From a virus (Duplodnaviria > Caudoviricetes): DNA of 57,904 nt. The stretch lies in IMG/VR virus record IMGVR_UViG_3300028883_000011, positions 1-57,904 of that record, one strand, 5' to 3'. Made by a program: the position numbers and the translations under genes. Shown here piece by piece: positions 9,241 to 18,648 of this stretch. Positions within the stretch are counted from its first letter, which is position 1; each line of letters opens with the position of its first letter. The notes beneath the pieces are model-generated. The model saw nothing but the letters and a program-made list of their open reading frames with translations. It did no database searches and had not been told where the DNA came from.

Positions 9241-9277
9241 CTCCAAAGCAGAGCCGAGGAGTATTGCCCAGAGGGTA
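9241..9277 (+). promoter_or_regulatory. Double AGA-triloop hairpin motif upstream of the tail tube gene
   Basis: Near-identical to 57194-57232 upstream of the capsid gene. Confidence 0.6.
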
Positions 9278-9309
9278 TGGCCAATACTTTAATCTGACAG
9301 GAGGTAAAA

Positions 9310-10482
9310 ATGACCGTCGGTAAATCAGCGGGCGCAATTCTCGCCTACATCGCAGAAGCAACGTACGGCACAACGCCGGCCACACCTGCATTTTCCAACC
9401 TTGTTTTTGAAAACGAATCCCTGGGCATGGGCCGGGGTTCGCTTCAGGACAATTCCATTAACTCCACCCGGAACCGGGATTTTCATGGTGATGGGAATAA
9501 ATCCATCAGCGGCGGCCTGGGCGGGAATTTCATCTACAGCCAATGGGATGATTTTCTGGCCGCAGCACTGTTTTCCAGCTGGAACGCAGCTAAAACGTCT
9601 GTCACTGTAACGGATGCTACCACACTGACAATTTCAGGCGAGGATAAAACCGCCACCTATCCGGTCGGCATGAAGATTGTTCTATATGACCATTCCGGAT
9701 CCGGTATCAACGACGGGGATATTCATACTATTTCGGCATCCAGCTTCAGCACGGATACGACCCTGACAGTGGACACTATGGGGGCATCAACCGGAACGGT
9801 TACAATTGCCGCATTCGTGATCAACGGGACAACGCTGAGTTCTTTCTCATTGATCCGGAAAATCATGTCGACGGCTTCACCGCTGTCGTTTGTGTACTCC
9901 GGGATGGTCCCTGGATCCTTCAGCCTGGATATCAAGCCCGAGGCCCTGGTTAAAGCATCCTTCAATTTTCTCGGCAAAGATGAGGGAACAACCGAGCCCG
10001 GTAGCTCCACATATTCTGATATTTCCGGACTTGGTGAAAATCCGCTGTCCTCATACAACGGGTACATCAGCGAAGGGGGTTCTGAATCCAATATCATCAC
10101 CAGTTTGACGCTGAATGTTGAAAACGATTTGGAAGCGCTTTTTGCCATTGGATCTGACGCGGTTTACGAGATCGCAGAGGGTCCATTATTCAAGGTGTCC
10201 GGATCCCTGTCGATGTATATCGAGGATCTGACCCAGTACAACAAGTTCATCAACGGGACGCACTCCAGCCTGATCCTGCAGCTGACAGACCCGGCCAGCG
10301 GAACCGTTCTGGATGATACCTATCATATCATTCTGCCGGATATCAAGTTTACCGGGAACAAGGCGAACATTGGCGGCCAGGGAGCCATTATCAACGATAT
10401 GCCATTTGAGGCGCTGTCAACCGGATCCGGATCCAATAAGTGGACCATGTTGATCAGCCGATGGGCAGCAACTGACAGTTAA
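9310..10482 (+). CDS. Major tail tube protein
   Basis: AYIAEATYGTTP start, ITSLTLNVENDL and VSGSLSMY motifs; strong RBS AGGAGG. Confidence 0.85.
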   Translation: MTVGKSAGAILAYIAEATYGTTPATPAFSNLVFENESLGMGRGSLQDNSINSTRNRDFHGDGNKSISGGLGGNFIYSQWDDFLAAALFSSWNAAKTSVTVTDATTLTISGEDKTATYPVGMKIVLYDHSGSGINDGDIHTISASSFSTDTTLTVDTMGASTGTVTIAAFVINGTTLSSFSLIRKIMSTASPLSFVYSGMVPGSFSLDIKPEALVKASFNFLGKDEGTTEPGSSTYSDISGLGENPLSSYNGYISEGGSESNIITSLTLNVENDLEALFAIGSDAVYEIAEGPLFKVSGSLSMYIEDLTQYNKFINGTHSSLILQLTDPASGTVLDDTYHIILPDIKFTGNKANIGGQGAIINDMPFEALSTGSGSNKWTMLISRWAATDS

Positions 10483-10544
10483 TTTACTGTCTGATTTTAA
10501 GCCGGTCCTGGTGGCCGGCATTACCAACCAACCAGAGGTTAAAT

Positions 10545-10955
10545 ATGAACGAGGTTACAGAGTCAACCGAACAACCCCGAGGGTTCGATATTTCTGAAGA
10601 GTTTAAGGTCACGGACCTGATGGAAGAAGGAAAGAATTTTCCGCTCTCAGAAGACGCATGGATCAAGGTCCGGTCGACCCAATCCGCGATCTGGCGGAAA
10701 AATTTCCGGAAGGCGCTGCGGGAGATCCCCGACGTGCAAGCCAACAACATGAAGTTGCGCGAAAAAGTGGTCATTCAGGCCATGGCCACCCATATGTTGT
10801 TGGAATGGGAAAATATCCGCATAGGCAAGGGCCCTTTTCTGGAAAACACTGTTGAAAACCGGATCAAAGCCCTGAAAAACGAAGGATTTCGGGAAACAGT
10901 CTGGAAACTGGCGGACGAAAAATCCAATTTCCAGGATGATGACGACCCAAACTGA
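10545..10955 (+). CDS. Tail assembly chaperone (gpG-like)
   Basis: Between tube and tape measure genes; ends at slippery C CCA AAC TGA. Confidence 0.8.
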   Translation: MNEVTESTEQPRGFDISEEFKVTDLMEEGKNFPLSEDAWIKVRSTQSAIWRKNFRKALREIPDVQANNMKLREKVVIQAMATHMLLEWENIRIGKGPFLENTVENRIKALKNEGFRETVWKLADEKSNFQDDDDPN

Positions 10956-11290
10956 CAGACTTTGCGCTTGCCTATTTTAGGTTTCAAAAAAGTGCAACGG
11001 AGCTCTGGCAGGTCGCAAAGTCGAAAAAGATGTCTTTCAAGGAGTTCCTGGAAGCATCTGACCACGAGTATTACGAGGTTCCATATCGGTATTTTGAGTT
11101 TTTTGAGGCCTGGAATTATCTGAAGCGGTTCCGGCAGATCAACGGCATGGCTATCAGTCCGTTGAGTTTTCAAGATTGTTTGCTGTACTCAGACCGCCTG
11201 GGGGTTCCGGGGATGTATAGCCTCCGTTTCTGCGACGCAGTCATAACAATAGACCGGGCGTGGATCACCGCACAACAAGAGGACAAATGA
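10946..11290 (+). CDS. Tail assembly chaperone gpGT extension via -1 frameshift
   Basis: CCCAAAC heptamer at 10946-10952; -1 frame is open from there into ORF 11030-11290. Confidence 0.8.
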   Translation, partial: PKLTDFALAYFRFQKSATELWQVAKSKKMSFKEFLEASDHEYYEVPYRYFEFFEAWNYLKRFRQINGMAISPLSFQDCLLYSDRLGVPGMYSLRFCDAVITIDRAWITAQQEDK

Positions 11291-14200
11291 CAACGGTAGG
11301 ATATCAGATATCGGTTGACACCAGAACCGGAACAGCCAACCTCAAGAAGCTGGACAAGGGGTTTGAGAACGTCGGCAAAGAGGCCAAGAAAAGCCAGAAA
11401 CAAGTCGACACCTTCACAAAAGCCCTGCCCAGAATGGGGGCAGCGATTTCCGCGGCCTTCTCCGCGGCCGCAGTAATCGCGTTCTCTGCCAAATCTCTTA
11501 GCGCTTTCGGTGAGTACGAATCGGCCCTGATCGATATGGCCAAGGTCACGGACGAATCCCTGGACAGCATCGAAACCAAGATCAAATCCCTGGACGCCTC
11601 CCTGGGGAACTATACGGAGTTGACCAAGGGATATTATCAGGTGATGTCTGCCGGGATCACGGAACCGGCTAAGGCCATGGACACCCTGGTGGCGTCCTCA
11701 AAACTGGCCAAAGCAGCCCATGTCAACCAAGCGGAAACAGTCAAAGGGCTCTCTTCTATCCTGGAGGCCTACGGTGATTCCCTCAAAGGTGCGACCGAAG
11801 CCGGGGATCTGCTCCTGCAGATGGAAGCCAAGGGTAAAACCAGCGTCCAGGAATTGATTCCAGTAATCGGAAAAGTGGCTGGCCTGTCCTCTGCTCTGAA
11901 AATTTCCTCCGATCAGATGGCCGGGATCTTTTCCAAGATCACCCTGCTATCCGGTGGTACCGCTTACGCTGCCACCCAGTATGAGGCCCTGATGTCCTCA
12001 ATGATGACCCCCACAAAAACCATGGCCGCATTGTTCAAAGAGTATGGTGGAGCGGCTGAGGCAATCAAGAAAGTCGGGATAGAGGATGTCTTAAAAAGGA
12101 TCAAAGAAGAAGCCGGCGGCAGCGCTGAAAAACTTGGAGAACTGTTTGGCCGAAAGGAGGCGATTCAAGGCTTTATCACGCTGTTCAAAGATGACTTCAA
12201 GGGCGCAACAGCGAATATTGAGGCCATGAAAAATAAAACCGGCAAGCTGGATGAGGCATGGAATAAATTTCAACAGTCCTGGGAGGGCATCAAGGATAAA
12301 TTCAAAAACACCATTGGCGATATTCTAGTCGAGTTCGGCAAGGAATTGAGCCCTTCAATCATGCAAGGCATGGATGATTTCGCGGAATGGGCAAAAGAGA
12401 ATAAGAGCGACATCATTGAAGTCGCAAAAGCCATGGGTGAATTGGCTAAGTTTACTATGACCATCGGGCTTTGGGCCGGCCGCGGGGTGGCTGGGTATGT
12501 CAAGTTGTTTGCTTTTATAAAAAAGGAGCTGCAGGATCTCCAGGATGATATCAGCTATGGGTTTAGCCAAACAGGTATTGATCAAAAAATTAAAGGGAAA
12601 AACCTGGGGGTGGTAACCCAAAGCCTTGAGGAAACCCTGGCTGCAGACAAAAACAGCGCTCTGAATGCCATTGAAATCAAGGTCAAGACCGAATATGCGC
12701 CGGCAGGCCCTGAGGACGAGCAGCTGCATTCTGCGATCTCCAGCCCCGAAAAGGTGGCAGACCCTGTCAAACTACCCGTTCATTTCACAGCAGCCGGCAG
12801 CCAGGACGCAAAGATCATGGAAATGATGTATCAATCCCGCACCGGTAGCCCTTCTGCTTCTGATATTTCTGCTGGATTCCATGTTCCCGGCAGTGTCCGA
12901 CGGGAAAACCAGGCCTATTGGAACAGCATGGACCTTGAGGACCAATCTGTTCATTCAATGTGGGCTGTTCCCAGTGATGTTCGTGAAGAAAATCAGGCGT
13001 TCTGGGATACAATTAATAAGGGGTTGGATAATGCGATTGTCGGCGCATCACAAATGGAAGTGGCTTTGGCGTCAGCATTTGCCACAATCATCGATCAGGA
13101 AGCGTCACTGGAGCAGAAAGGCCAGTCCCTTGGTTCTCTCGCCGGCGGCATGATTGGCACTATGTATGGCCCAGCAGGGCAGATCGCAGGCTCAGCTGTT
13201 GGTGGGTTGGTCGGAAAAGCCCTTGGTGGCATGTTTGGTAGTGATGATGGGCCGAGTGCTGTCGACAAACTGAATGCCAAATTTAAAGAACTCACTCAAA
13301 CAATGGACAACTTCGATGAGTCACTGAAACGCGCAGGGATGAGTGAAAAAGAAAAGGCCGATACATATTACCAGGGCATGCAGGACATAGAGGATCTACG
13401 GAGTCAATTGCTCATCCCAACACGCGACATCCCCATAATGTTGACTCACGATGAGCGGATCTGGAAACAGATTGCTCGGATTATGGGCGACATAGAACCG
13501 TACCGAGAAGACATTTTAAGCGCGGGCCTATCTGCCAAAAACCAAGTTCAATCTATTAAACAATCAGCCGCTGATTACAAAACAGATTATCAGCGACGAG
13601 ACTGGGGAGCAGATGCCTGGAAGTCCCAGTATTCGTCAGATCAATTGGCAGCCAATGAACTCAGAACCACGCTTCTTGGAATGCAGAATACGCTCAGTAA
13701 TATAGATGCGGGTACAGACGAATACCGTTTGCTTGAGGCCCAAGTTGCGATGGCACAGATGGATTATGCCGATGCACTGCAGGAAGCATGGGATTCTCAA
13801 CAGGAGTATTTGGCTTTGATTGAGGACCAGATCGTATCTCAAAAGGCTTTGGTTGAATCCCTTGACAATCTCAAGACATCACTGCTGGAGGGTGACCTCA
13901 ACCCGGATCAATCATTTGCCTGGGCACAGGCTCACTATAACGAGCTATTGGCAGAGGCCCAGGCCTCCGGCGCAACAGAAAGTGATATCGAAGCCTATGA
14001 GAATTATGTCGAGACCTATCTCAGAAAAGCCAAGGATCAATATGGGTCCACTGCTCAATATGCTGAGATCTTTGATCGGGTTTTGAATACCGATATCTCT
14101 GATGTCCAGGATGCTTTGGCTTTGGCCATCCAGCAAAATACCGATGCGGTTTTAGGTAATACCGGTGCTATTTTATCATTTACCCAAGACCCACAAAAAT

Positions 14201-14559
14201 TTGTAGACCCCTGGTACGGCCCGGGGGTGCCTCCTGATTTCACCGCACCAGGTTTTGCCGACGGCGGCATTTCGGCGGGGCCTTCAAGTGGCTATATGGC
14301 TTTAATGCATGGGACGGAGGCCCATATACCACTTGCAGATGGAAACGTGATTCGCGGAGCAGTGCAATTAAAGGGCGATCTGAACCAGGGTCAATCCATC
14401 GCTCTTCTGCAGGAGCTGATCGCGACAGTCAAGGAAGGGCAATATATTCAAGTCGATGTCGACGGCGGCCAGCTCAACGCCCGGATTCGCAGAGAAGCGG
14501 ATCGGAATCGGGTTGATGCCGACAATTACGGGTATCATGGCCGGAGGATGGTGTCATGA
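11287..14559 (+). CDS. Tail tape measure protein (TP901-like core)
   Basis: About 1,090 aa, Ala-rich helical; C-terminal GFADGG...LMHGTE motif. Confidence 0.92.
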   Translation: MTTVGYQISVDTRTGTANLKKLDKGFENVGKEAKKSQKQVDTFTKALPRMGAAISAAFSAAAVIAFSAKSLSAFGEYESALIDMAKVTDESLDSIETKIKSLDASLGNYTELTKGYYQVMSAGITEPAKAMDTLVASSKLAKAAHVNQAETVKGLSSILEAYGDSLKGATEAGDLLLQMEAKGKTSVQELIPVIGKVAGLSSALKISSDQMAGIFSKITLLSGGTAYAATQYEALMSSMMTPTKTMAALFKEYGGAAEAIKKVGIEDVLKRIKEEAGGSAEKLGELFGRKEAIQGFITLFKDDFKGATANIEAMKNKTGKLDEAWNKFQQSWEGIKDKFKNTIGDILVEFGKELSPSIMQGMDDFAEWAKENKSDIIEVAKAMGELAKFTMTIGLWAGRGVAGYVKLFAFIKKELQDLQDDISYGFSQTGIDQKIKGKNLGVVTQSLEETLAADKNSALNAIEIKVKTEYAPAGPEDEQLHSAISSPEKVADPVKLPVHFTAAGSQDAKIMEMMYQSRTGSPSASDISAGFHVPGSVRRENQAYWNSMDLEDQSVHSMWAVPSDVREENQAFWDTINKGLDNAIVGASQMEVALASAFATIIDQEASLEQKGQSLGSLAGGMIGTMYGPAGQIAGSAVGGLVGKALGGMFGSDDGPSAVDKLNAKFKELTQTMDNFDESLKRAGMSEKEKADTYYQGMQDIEDLRSQLLIPTRDIPIMLTHDERIWKQIARIMGDIEPYREDILSAGLSAKNQVQSIKQSAADYKTDYQRRDWGADAWKSQYSSDQLAANELRTTLLGMQNTLSNIDAGTDEYRLLEAQVAMAQMDYADALQEAWDSQQEYLALIEDQIVSQKALVESLDNLKTSLLEGDLNPDQSFAWAQAHYNELLAEAQASGATESDIEAYENYVETYLRKAKDQYGSTAQYAEIFDRVLNTDISDVQDALALAIQQNTDAVLGNTGAILSFTQDPQKFVDPWYGPGVPPDFTAPGFADGGISAGPSSGYMALMHGTEAHIPLADGNVIRGAVQLKGDLNQGQSIALLQELIATVKEGQYIQVDVDGGQLNARIRREADRNRVDADNYGYHGRRMVS

Positions 14560-15971
14560 TCCATTTAAAGCTGACAGATTCCAGTTCCAATGATTTCTAT
14601 CTCGCAGAGAGCGATACCGAGATCCTGGACGGGGCTACACTGCAATTCTGGTATGACCGGATCAAGTCCATATCTCCAATTCGCATGGACCTTGACTATG
14701 ATTACGGGGGCATGTTGCGGGTATCGGGTTCCGGAACTATTTCTATCTCTCCGGAAACGTTCGAGGACCTGGCCCGCCCCCCGTTGAAAGTGACTGTGGA
14801 TGCCAGGTGGCTGAATATCGAGAATCAGGCCGTTACAAACCTGTTTGTGTCAACCGGATATCTGAAGAAGATCACGAAAACAGAAATCACATACAGCCTG
14901 TTTACACAAGAGATTGATGTGGATTTACTGGATGATGATACGTCGACATACGGATCCGGAGAGAACCGGGTGCTACCCTTGGCATTCGGCCAGGTAGACA
15001 TGGTTGAGCCGCTTCGTGTGGGAACATCGTCTGATTATACCTATCACAAGGCCGGAATCCAGGGAGCCGATGCGTCGGTGTATAAAGTCTATGAAGACGG
15101 CCGGCAAAAGAACAAATATACCGGAGCTGACTATATTGGGACCATCAAAGACAACGGGGACGGGACTTTCAAGTCTGTCCTGCATGATGATGACACCACA
15201 GCCAACGAGCCCTACGGGACTGTCAGGATGTGCGGGGATAATGATGAGTCGTTTTCCCATAATTCAGTAACCTACTACATGAATAAGCTGGATGGGATTT
15301 TTGCATATTGTCTGAACCGTATCAATACAGCAAAAAGCACCAGCTACACCCTGGACTCAACCTATGCCAGGGCGACGATCCCGGAGGTTGCATTTTACCA
15401 GACAGAGCAAGCCAATATTCTGGATTTTCTGTCAGAGGTATCTGCCTATTTTTCCCACTGCTTTTATATCGATGAAGAGAACCAAGTATTTTATCTGATC
15501 GATATGCTGCGGGATAATGGGAGTGAAGCGCTTTCCAGCTCTGATGGTGACGCCGTTGAGTTCTTTGGAGTCGAATACGAATACCCCAGGCCGGTCAAAA
15601 AAATCATTGCAAAATGGACAGTGCTGGACCCGACAACGGATCCGGATGGCTATCCGGCTGTTGATACTATTTTCTGCACCCAGGAGGTCGACGGAGATAA
15701 TACATTTGGGCTGGAAAAAGAGATTAAAAAACACTACACAACTGTCAAGTCAGATATTTTGACAGCTATAAAAAATATAGGGGATCTACTCCAGGCCCCA
15801 ACATCAGAACTCAAGATCCCATATGAAATTGGGGCAACGTTAGGAAAAAAATATACCTGGACGGATACGGCATTGGAAAAGCCATCCACAATTAATATTC
15901 GGGCCAGGAACCTGATCTTTGATCCGTTGGAATATCAGATCACAATTGAAGGGCAGGCATACGCGAGCTGA
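14556..15971 (+). CDS. Tail tip/baseplate hub-like protein
   Basis: Follows the tape measure; LPLAFGQV...PLR motif. Confidence 0.6.
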   Translation: MIHLKLTDSSSNDFYLAESDTEILDGATLQFWYDRIKSISPIRMDLDYDYGGMLRVSGSGTISISPETFEDLARPPLKVTVDARWLNIENQAVTNLFVSTGYLKKITKTEITYSLFTQEIDVDLLDDDTSTYGSGENRVLPLAFGQVDMVEPLRVGTSSDYTYHKAGIQGADASVYKVYEDGRQKNKYTGADYIGTIKDNGDGTFKSVLHDDDTTANEPYGTVRMCGDNDESFSHNSVTYYMNKLDGIFAYCLNRINTAKSTSYTLDSTYARATIPEVAFYQTEQANILDFLSEVSAYFSHCFYIDEENQVFYLIDMLRDNGSEALSSSDGDAVEFFGVEYEYPRPVKKIIAKWTVLDPTTDPDGYPAVDTIFCTQEVDGDNTFGLEKEIKKHYTTVKSDILTAIKNIGDLLQAPTSELKIPYEIGATLGKKYTWTDTALEKPSTINIRARNLIFDPLEYQITIEGQAYAS

Positions 15972-15973
15972 GC

Positions 15974-17230
15974 ATGGGCGATTTACTTACCATTCCTACA
16001 TCAATGGCAACGGGAGCTTATACACAGGAAAGCTCCGTAGAACTGAAGTCGTTGAATAGGATCACGAATACTCAAACGGCTGTCACTGTATCGCCAAATC
16101 CGGACCTGGGGGAGTATCAGACTATTCAGAGTGCAATCAACGCTCTGTCTGACGAAGGCGGAGTTGTGCTAGTGAAAAAGGGCACATACACGCTCAGCTC
16201 TGCGATATCAATTCCGGATAAAAACATTACTATCGAAGGCGAGAACGCCGACGAGGTAATTATTGATGGCAATAATGGGAGCTACCATGCTTTTTCCGTT
16301 TCGAGTTTTTCAAAAAAGCTGGTGATAAAAAACCTAACGGTCAAAAACGTCAGCCAGTCCTCAAGCTATTCGACGGTTTATTTGTATAATTCTACAAAGC
16401 AGGGAACCGCCTGGATATCGGGGTGTAATTTGTCCGATTGCGAATATGGTATTTATGTTCATCGGTTTTCCAAGGTTGTTATTGTAGACTGCGATATCAG
16501 TGATTGTGGGGGAACCGGGATTTATTCGACAACCAGCACCACGGATCTGTTGAAAATTCTCTCCTGCGATATCAGCGATTGTGACGACTATGGTCTTTAT
16601 CTACGTTCGCTAGGGACTATGGAAATCTCTGATAATACCATCGGGGAGATGGAATATTGCGTAAAACTTACCATTGATGACCTGACGTTTACCAATAACG
16701 TCTTAACAATGGCCCCTGATTATACCTCCGCCGCCAGAATAGGGTTCGATCTGGTGGGCAGTTCGTCACTGTCTAAAGCGCTCGTTCAGGGAAATACCAT
16801 TAAATTAACAGATACAATCTCTGTGGGGAAATATACTTATTCTGTCTATGTAAATGGCGGGTCTGGATTGAAGTTAACCTTTGTAGATAACACGGTATTA
16901 TTTACTCTAAAAATTAATAGTTCCAGTGGATTTTGCTGGAACATATATTTGAAAGATATAAGTAATTGTAATATATCAAGAAACAATATGATTGTAGACA
17001 ACATTGGGACGTCTACTAATAAATGCCATGGGATCAAGTTGGATAACGCAAATTATTGTGTAGTTAGTTCAAATAGGTCTGAGTTTCCGGGGCTTGCTGG
17101 AAACTGTTGTGTTAGTTATACGGGCTCAGACTACAACAGCATTCAAGGCAACATGGTAAAAAATGGTATTGGAGCAACAGGTGGATCGGGCTGTGGGGCA
17201 TGCACTATTGTGGATAATGTTTCTGTCTAG
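15974..17230 (+). CDS. Right-handed beta-helix (pectin lyase-like) protein, probable tailspike/depolymerase
   Basis: YQTIQSAINAL...VKKGTY start and repeated ISDC..GIY parallel beta-helix units. Confidence 0.75.
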   Translation: MGDLLTIPTSMATGAYTQESSVELKSLNRITNTQTAVTVSPNPDLGEYQTIQSAINALSDEGGVVLVKKGTYTLSSAISIPDKNITIEGENADEVIIDGNNGSYHAFSVSSFSKKLVIKNLTVKNVSQSSSYSTVYLYNSTKQGTAWISGCNLSDCEYGIYVHRFSKVVIVDCDISDCGGTGIYSTTSTTDLLKILSCDISDCDDYGLYLRSLGTMEISDNTIGEMEYCVKLTIDDLTFTNNVLTMAPDYTSAARIGFDLVGSSSLSKALVQGNTIKLTDTISVGKYTYSVYVNGGSGLKLTFVDNTVLFTLKINSSSGFCWNIYLKDISNCNISRNNMIVDNIGTSTNKCHGIKLDNANYCVVSSNRSEFPGLAGNCCVSYTGSDYNSIQGNMVKNGIGATGGSGCGACTIVDNVSV

Positions 17231-17570
17231 TCTTCTGACATTTGGGTGCCGACCCATTCAGATAGACAAAAGCATTACCTTCAATGGTATGCCGGAGACA
17301 GACATTTCAATAGGTGAGTTGAAATGTAGAAATGAATTCCTGTTTTATCAGGATGACAAGGCGGCATTATTGAAGAATAAGCGTACCGCTGAGATGGTTT
17401 TGTGGGAATTATCTGACTGTAGAATCCTGTTTTTTCTTTACGATCAGGACGGAACAGGCAGGGGCGCTTTCAAGGCATCTTTTGAAATCGATGGGAATGA
17501 ACGTCAAGAGGTCCACCTGAAACGAGTATGGGTTGAAATAGAGGTATCAAATGCAAGTGTTTCAGAATGA
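17163..17570 (+). CDS. Hypothetical, possible lipoprotein
   Basis: Hydrophobic segment ending LLTFGC; start uncertain. Confidence 0.4.
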   Translation: MVLEQQVDRAVGHALLWIMFLSSLLTFGCRPIQIDKSITFNGMPETDISIGELKCRNEFLFYQDDKAALLKNKRTAEMVLWELSDCRILFFLYDQDGTGRGAFKASFEIDGNERQEVHLKRVWVEIEVSNASVSE

Positions 17571-17652
17571 TTTCCGGTCAGTGACTGCAACCTGCTGTGA
17601 CCCTTCGTGGCCGATCAGTAATATCATGGATGATCACCCGAGAAAATGTTGA
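17551..17652 (+). pseudogene. 33-codon truncated paralog of the N-terminus of the next tail gene
   Basis: MQVFQNDFRSVTATCCDPSWPISNIMDDHPRKC aligns with MKGIQDDIRTVSASTAIDANWPVTNILDKRPSNK; has its own GAGG RBS. Confidence 0.6.
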
Positions 17653-17664
17653 GGTAGAAATAAA

Positions 17665-18648
17665 ATGAAAGGCATCCAAGACGATATCCGGACCGTATCG
17701 GCTTCAACCGCAATAGATGCGAACTGGCCGGTCACAAATATTCTGGACAAACGACCGTCAAACAAAACCAGGGGAACCCAGAATACGCAGACCATGACCC
17801 TGGATCTCGGTGTTTATGACTATTACGGGGGTTCTAGTGCCCTTTATGTTGGGAACACGAATGCCGTATCCGGTACCCTTAAAGTCTATGACTCGACAAA
17901 AACAACCCTTTACGAAACCTTCAGTCTGTCTTTTATCGCAGCATCTTTTTTCAGCTTCCTGATCCAGAAGCATTTCGGCCAGCGCATGGAGGCATGGCAA
18001 GATTATACGTATCGATCCGAGATATTGAACCTGGAGCTGACTTTGATAACCGATGTTGTCAGCGCCATCACGATCACTGCCGGCGGTTCGGGATACACGG
18101 CTGGGATCCTCAGCGCGTCTGGCGGAGGGTTATCGGGGTTTTATGGGACATACACGGTTGACGGGACAGGGGCAATCGACAGCGTGACCATCGTGGACAG
18201 GGGGACCGGGGTTACAACTCCAGGATCAGTCGTGATTACACCCAGCGACCCCGGAGGAGCAGGTACGGGTGCAACTCTGACAGCTGAGTCAACTATTGAC
18301 CTGGGGATCTGCCGGGGTGGTTTCGCGAAAGAGTTTCGGAATCCAGATTACGGATTCAAGGAAGGGTATAAGGACTATTCGCTGACCAAAAAATACCACA
18401 ACGGATCCGAATATTACCGTCAGCGTGGAATCACCCGAACATTTGCTGGCAGTATGCTTGTCGATCTATCAGAGATCAACGCATATAACGAACTGCTCCG
18501 CCAGGCCAGGCAAAACCCGATCGCTTGGAATCTTCTTGACGATGAGGACAGGGGGGTGGTTTTTGCCAAGGCAACAAAACTTCCGAGCGGGAACAGGCAA
18601 TTGGCCAGCTACATGAAAACGAATTTTGATATCGAAGAGGTACTGTAA
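17665..18648 (+). CDS. Minor tail protein (distal-tail-like) with inserted Gly/Thr-rich domain
   Basis: ITITAGGSGYT repeat-type insertion; tail-module context. Confidence 0.6.
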   Translation: MKGIQDDIRTVSASTAIDANWPVTNILDKRPSNKTRGTQNTQTMTLDLGVYDYYGGSSALYVGNTNAVSGTLKVYDSTKTTLYETFSLSFIAASFFSFLIQKHFGQRMEAWQDYTYRSEILNLELTLITDVVSAITITAGGSGYTAGILSASGGGLSGFYGTYTVDGTGAIDSVTIVDRGTGVTTPGSVVITPSDPGGAGTGATLTAESTIDLGICRGGFAKEFRNPDYGFKEGYKDYSLTKKYHNGSEYYRQRGITRTFAGSMLVDLSEINAYNELLRQARQNPIAWNLLDDEDRGVVFAKATKLPSGNRQLASYMKTNFDIEEVL

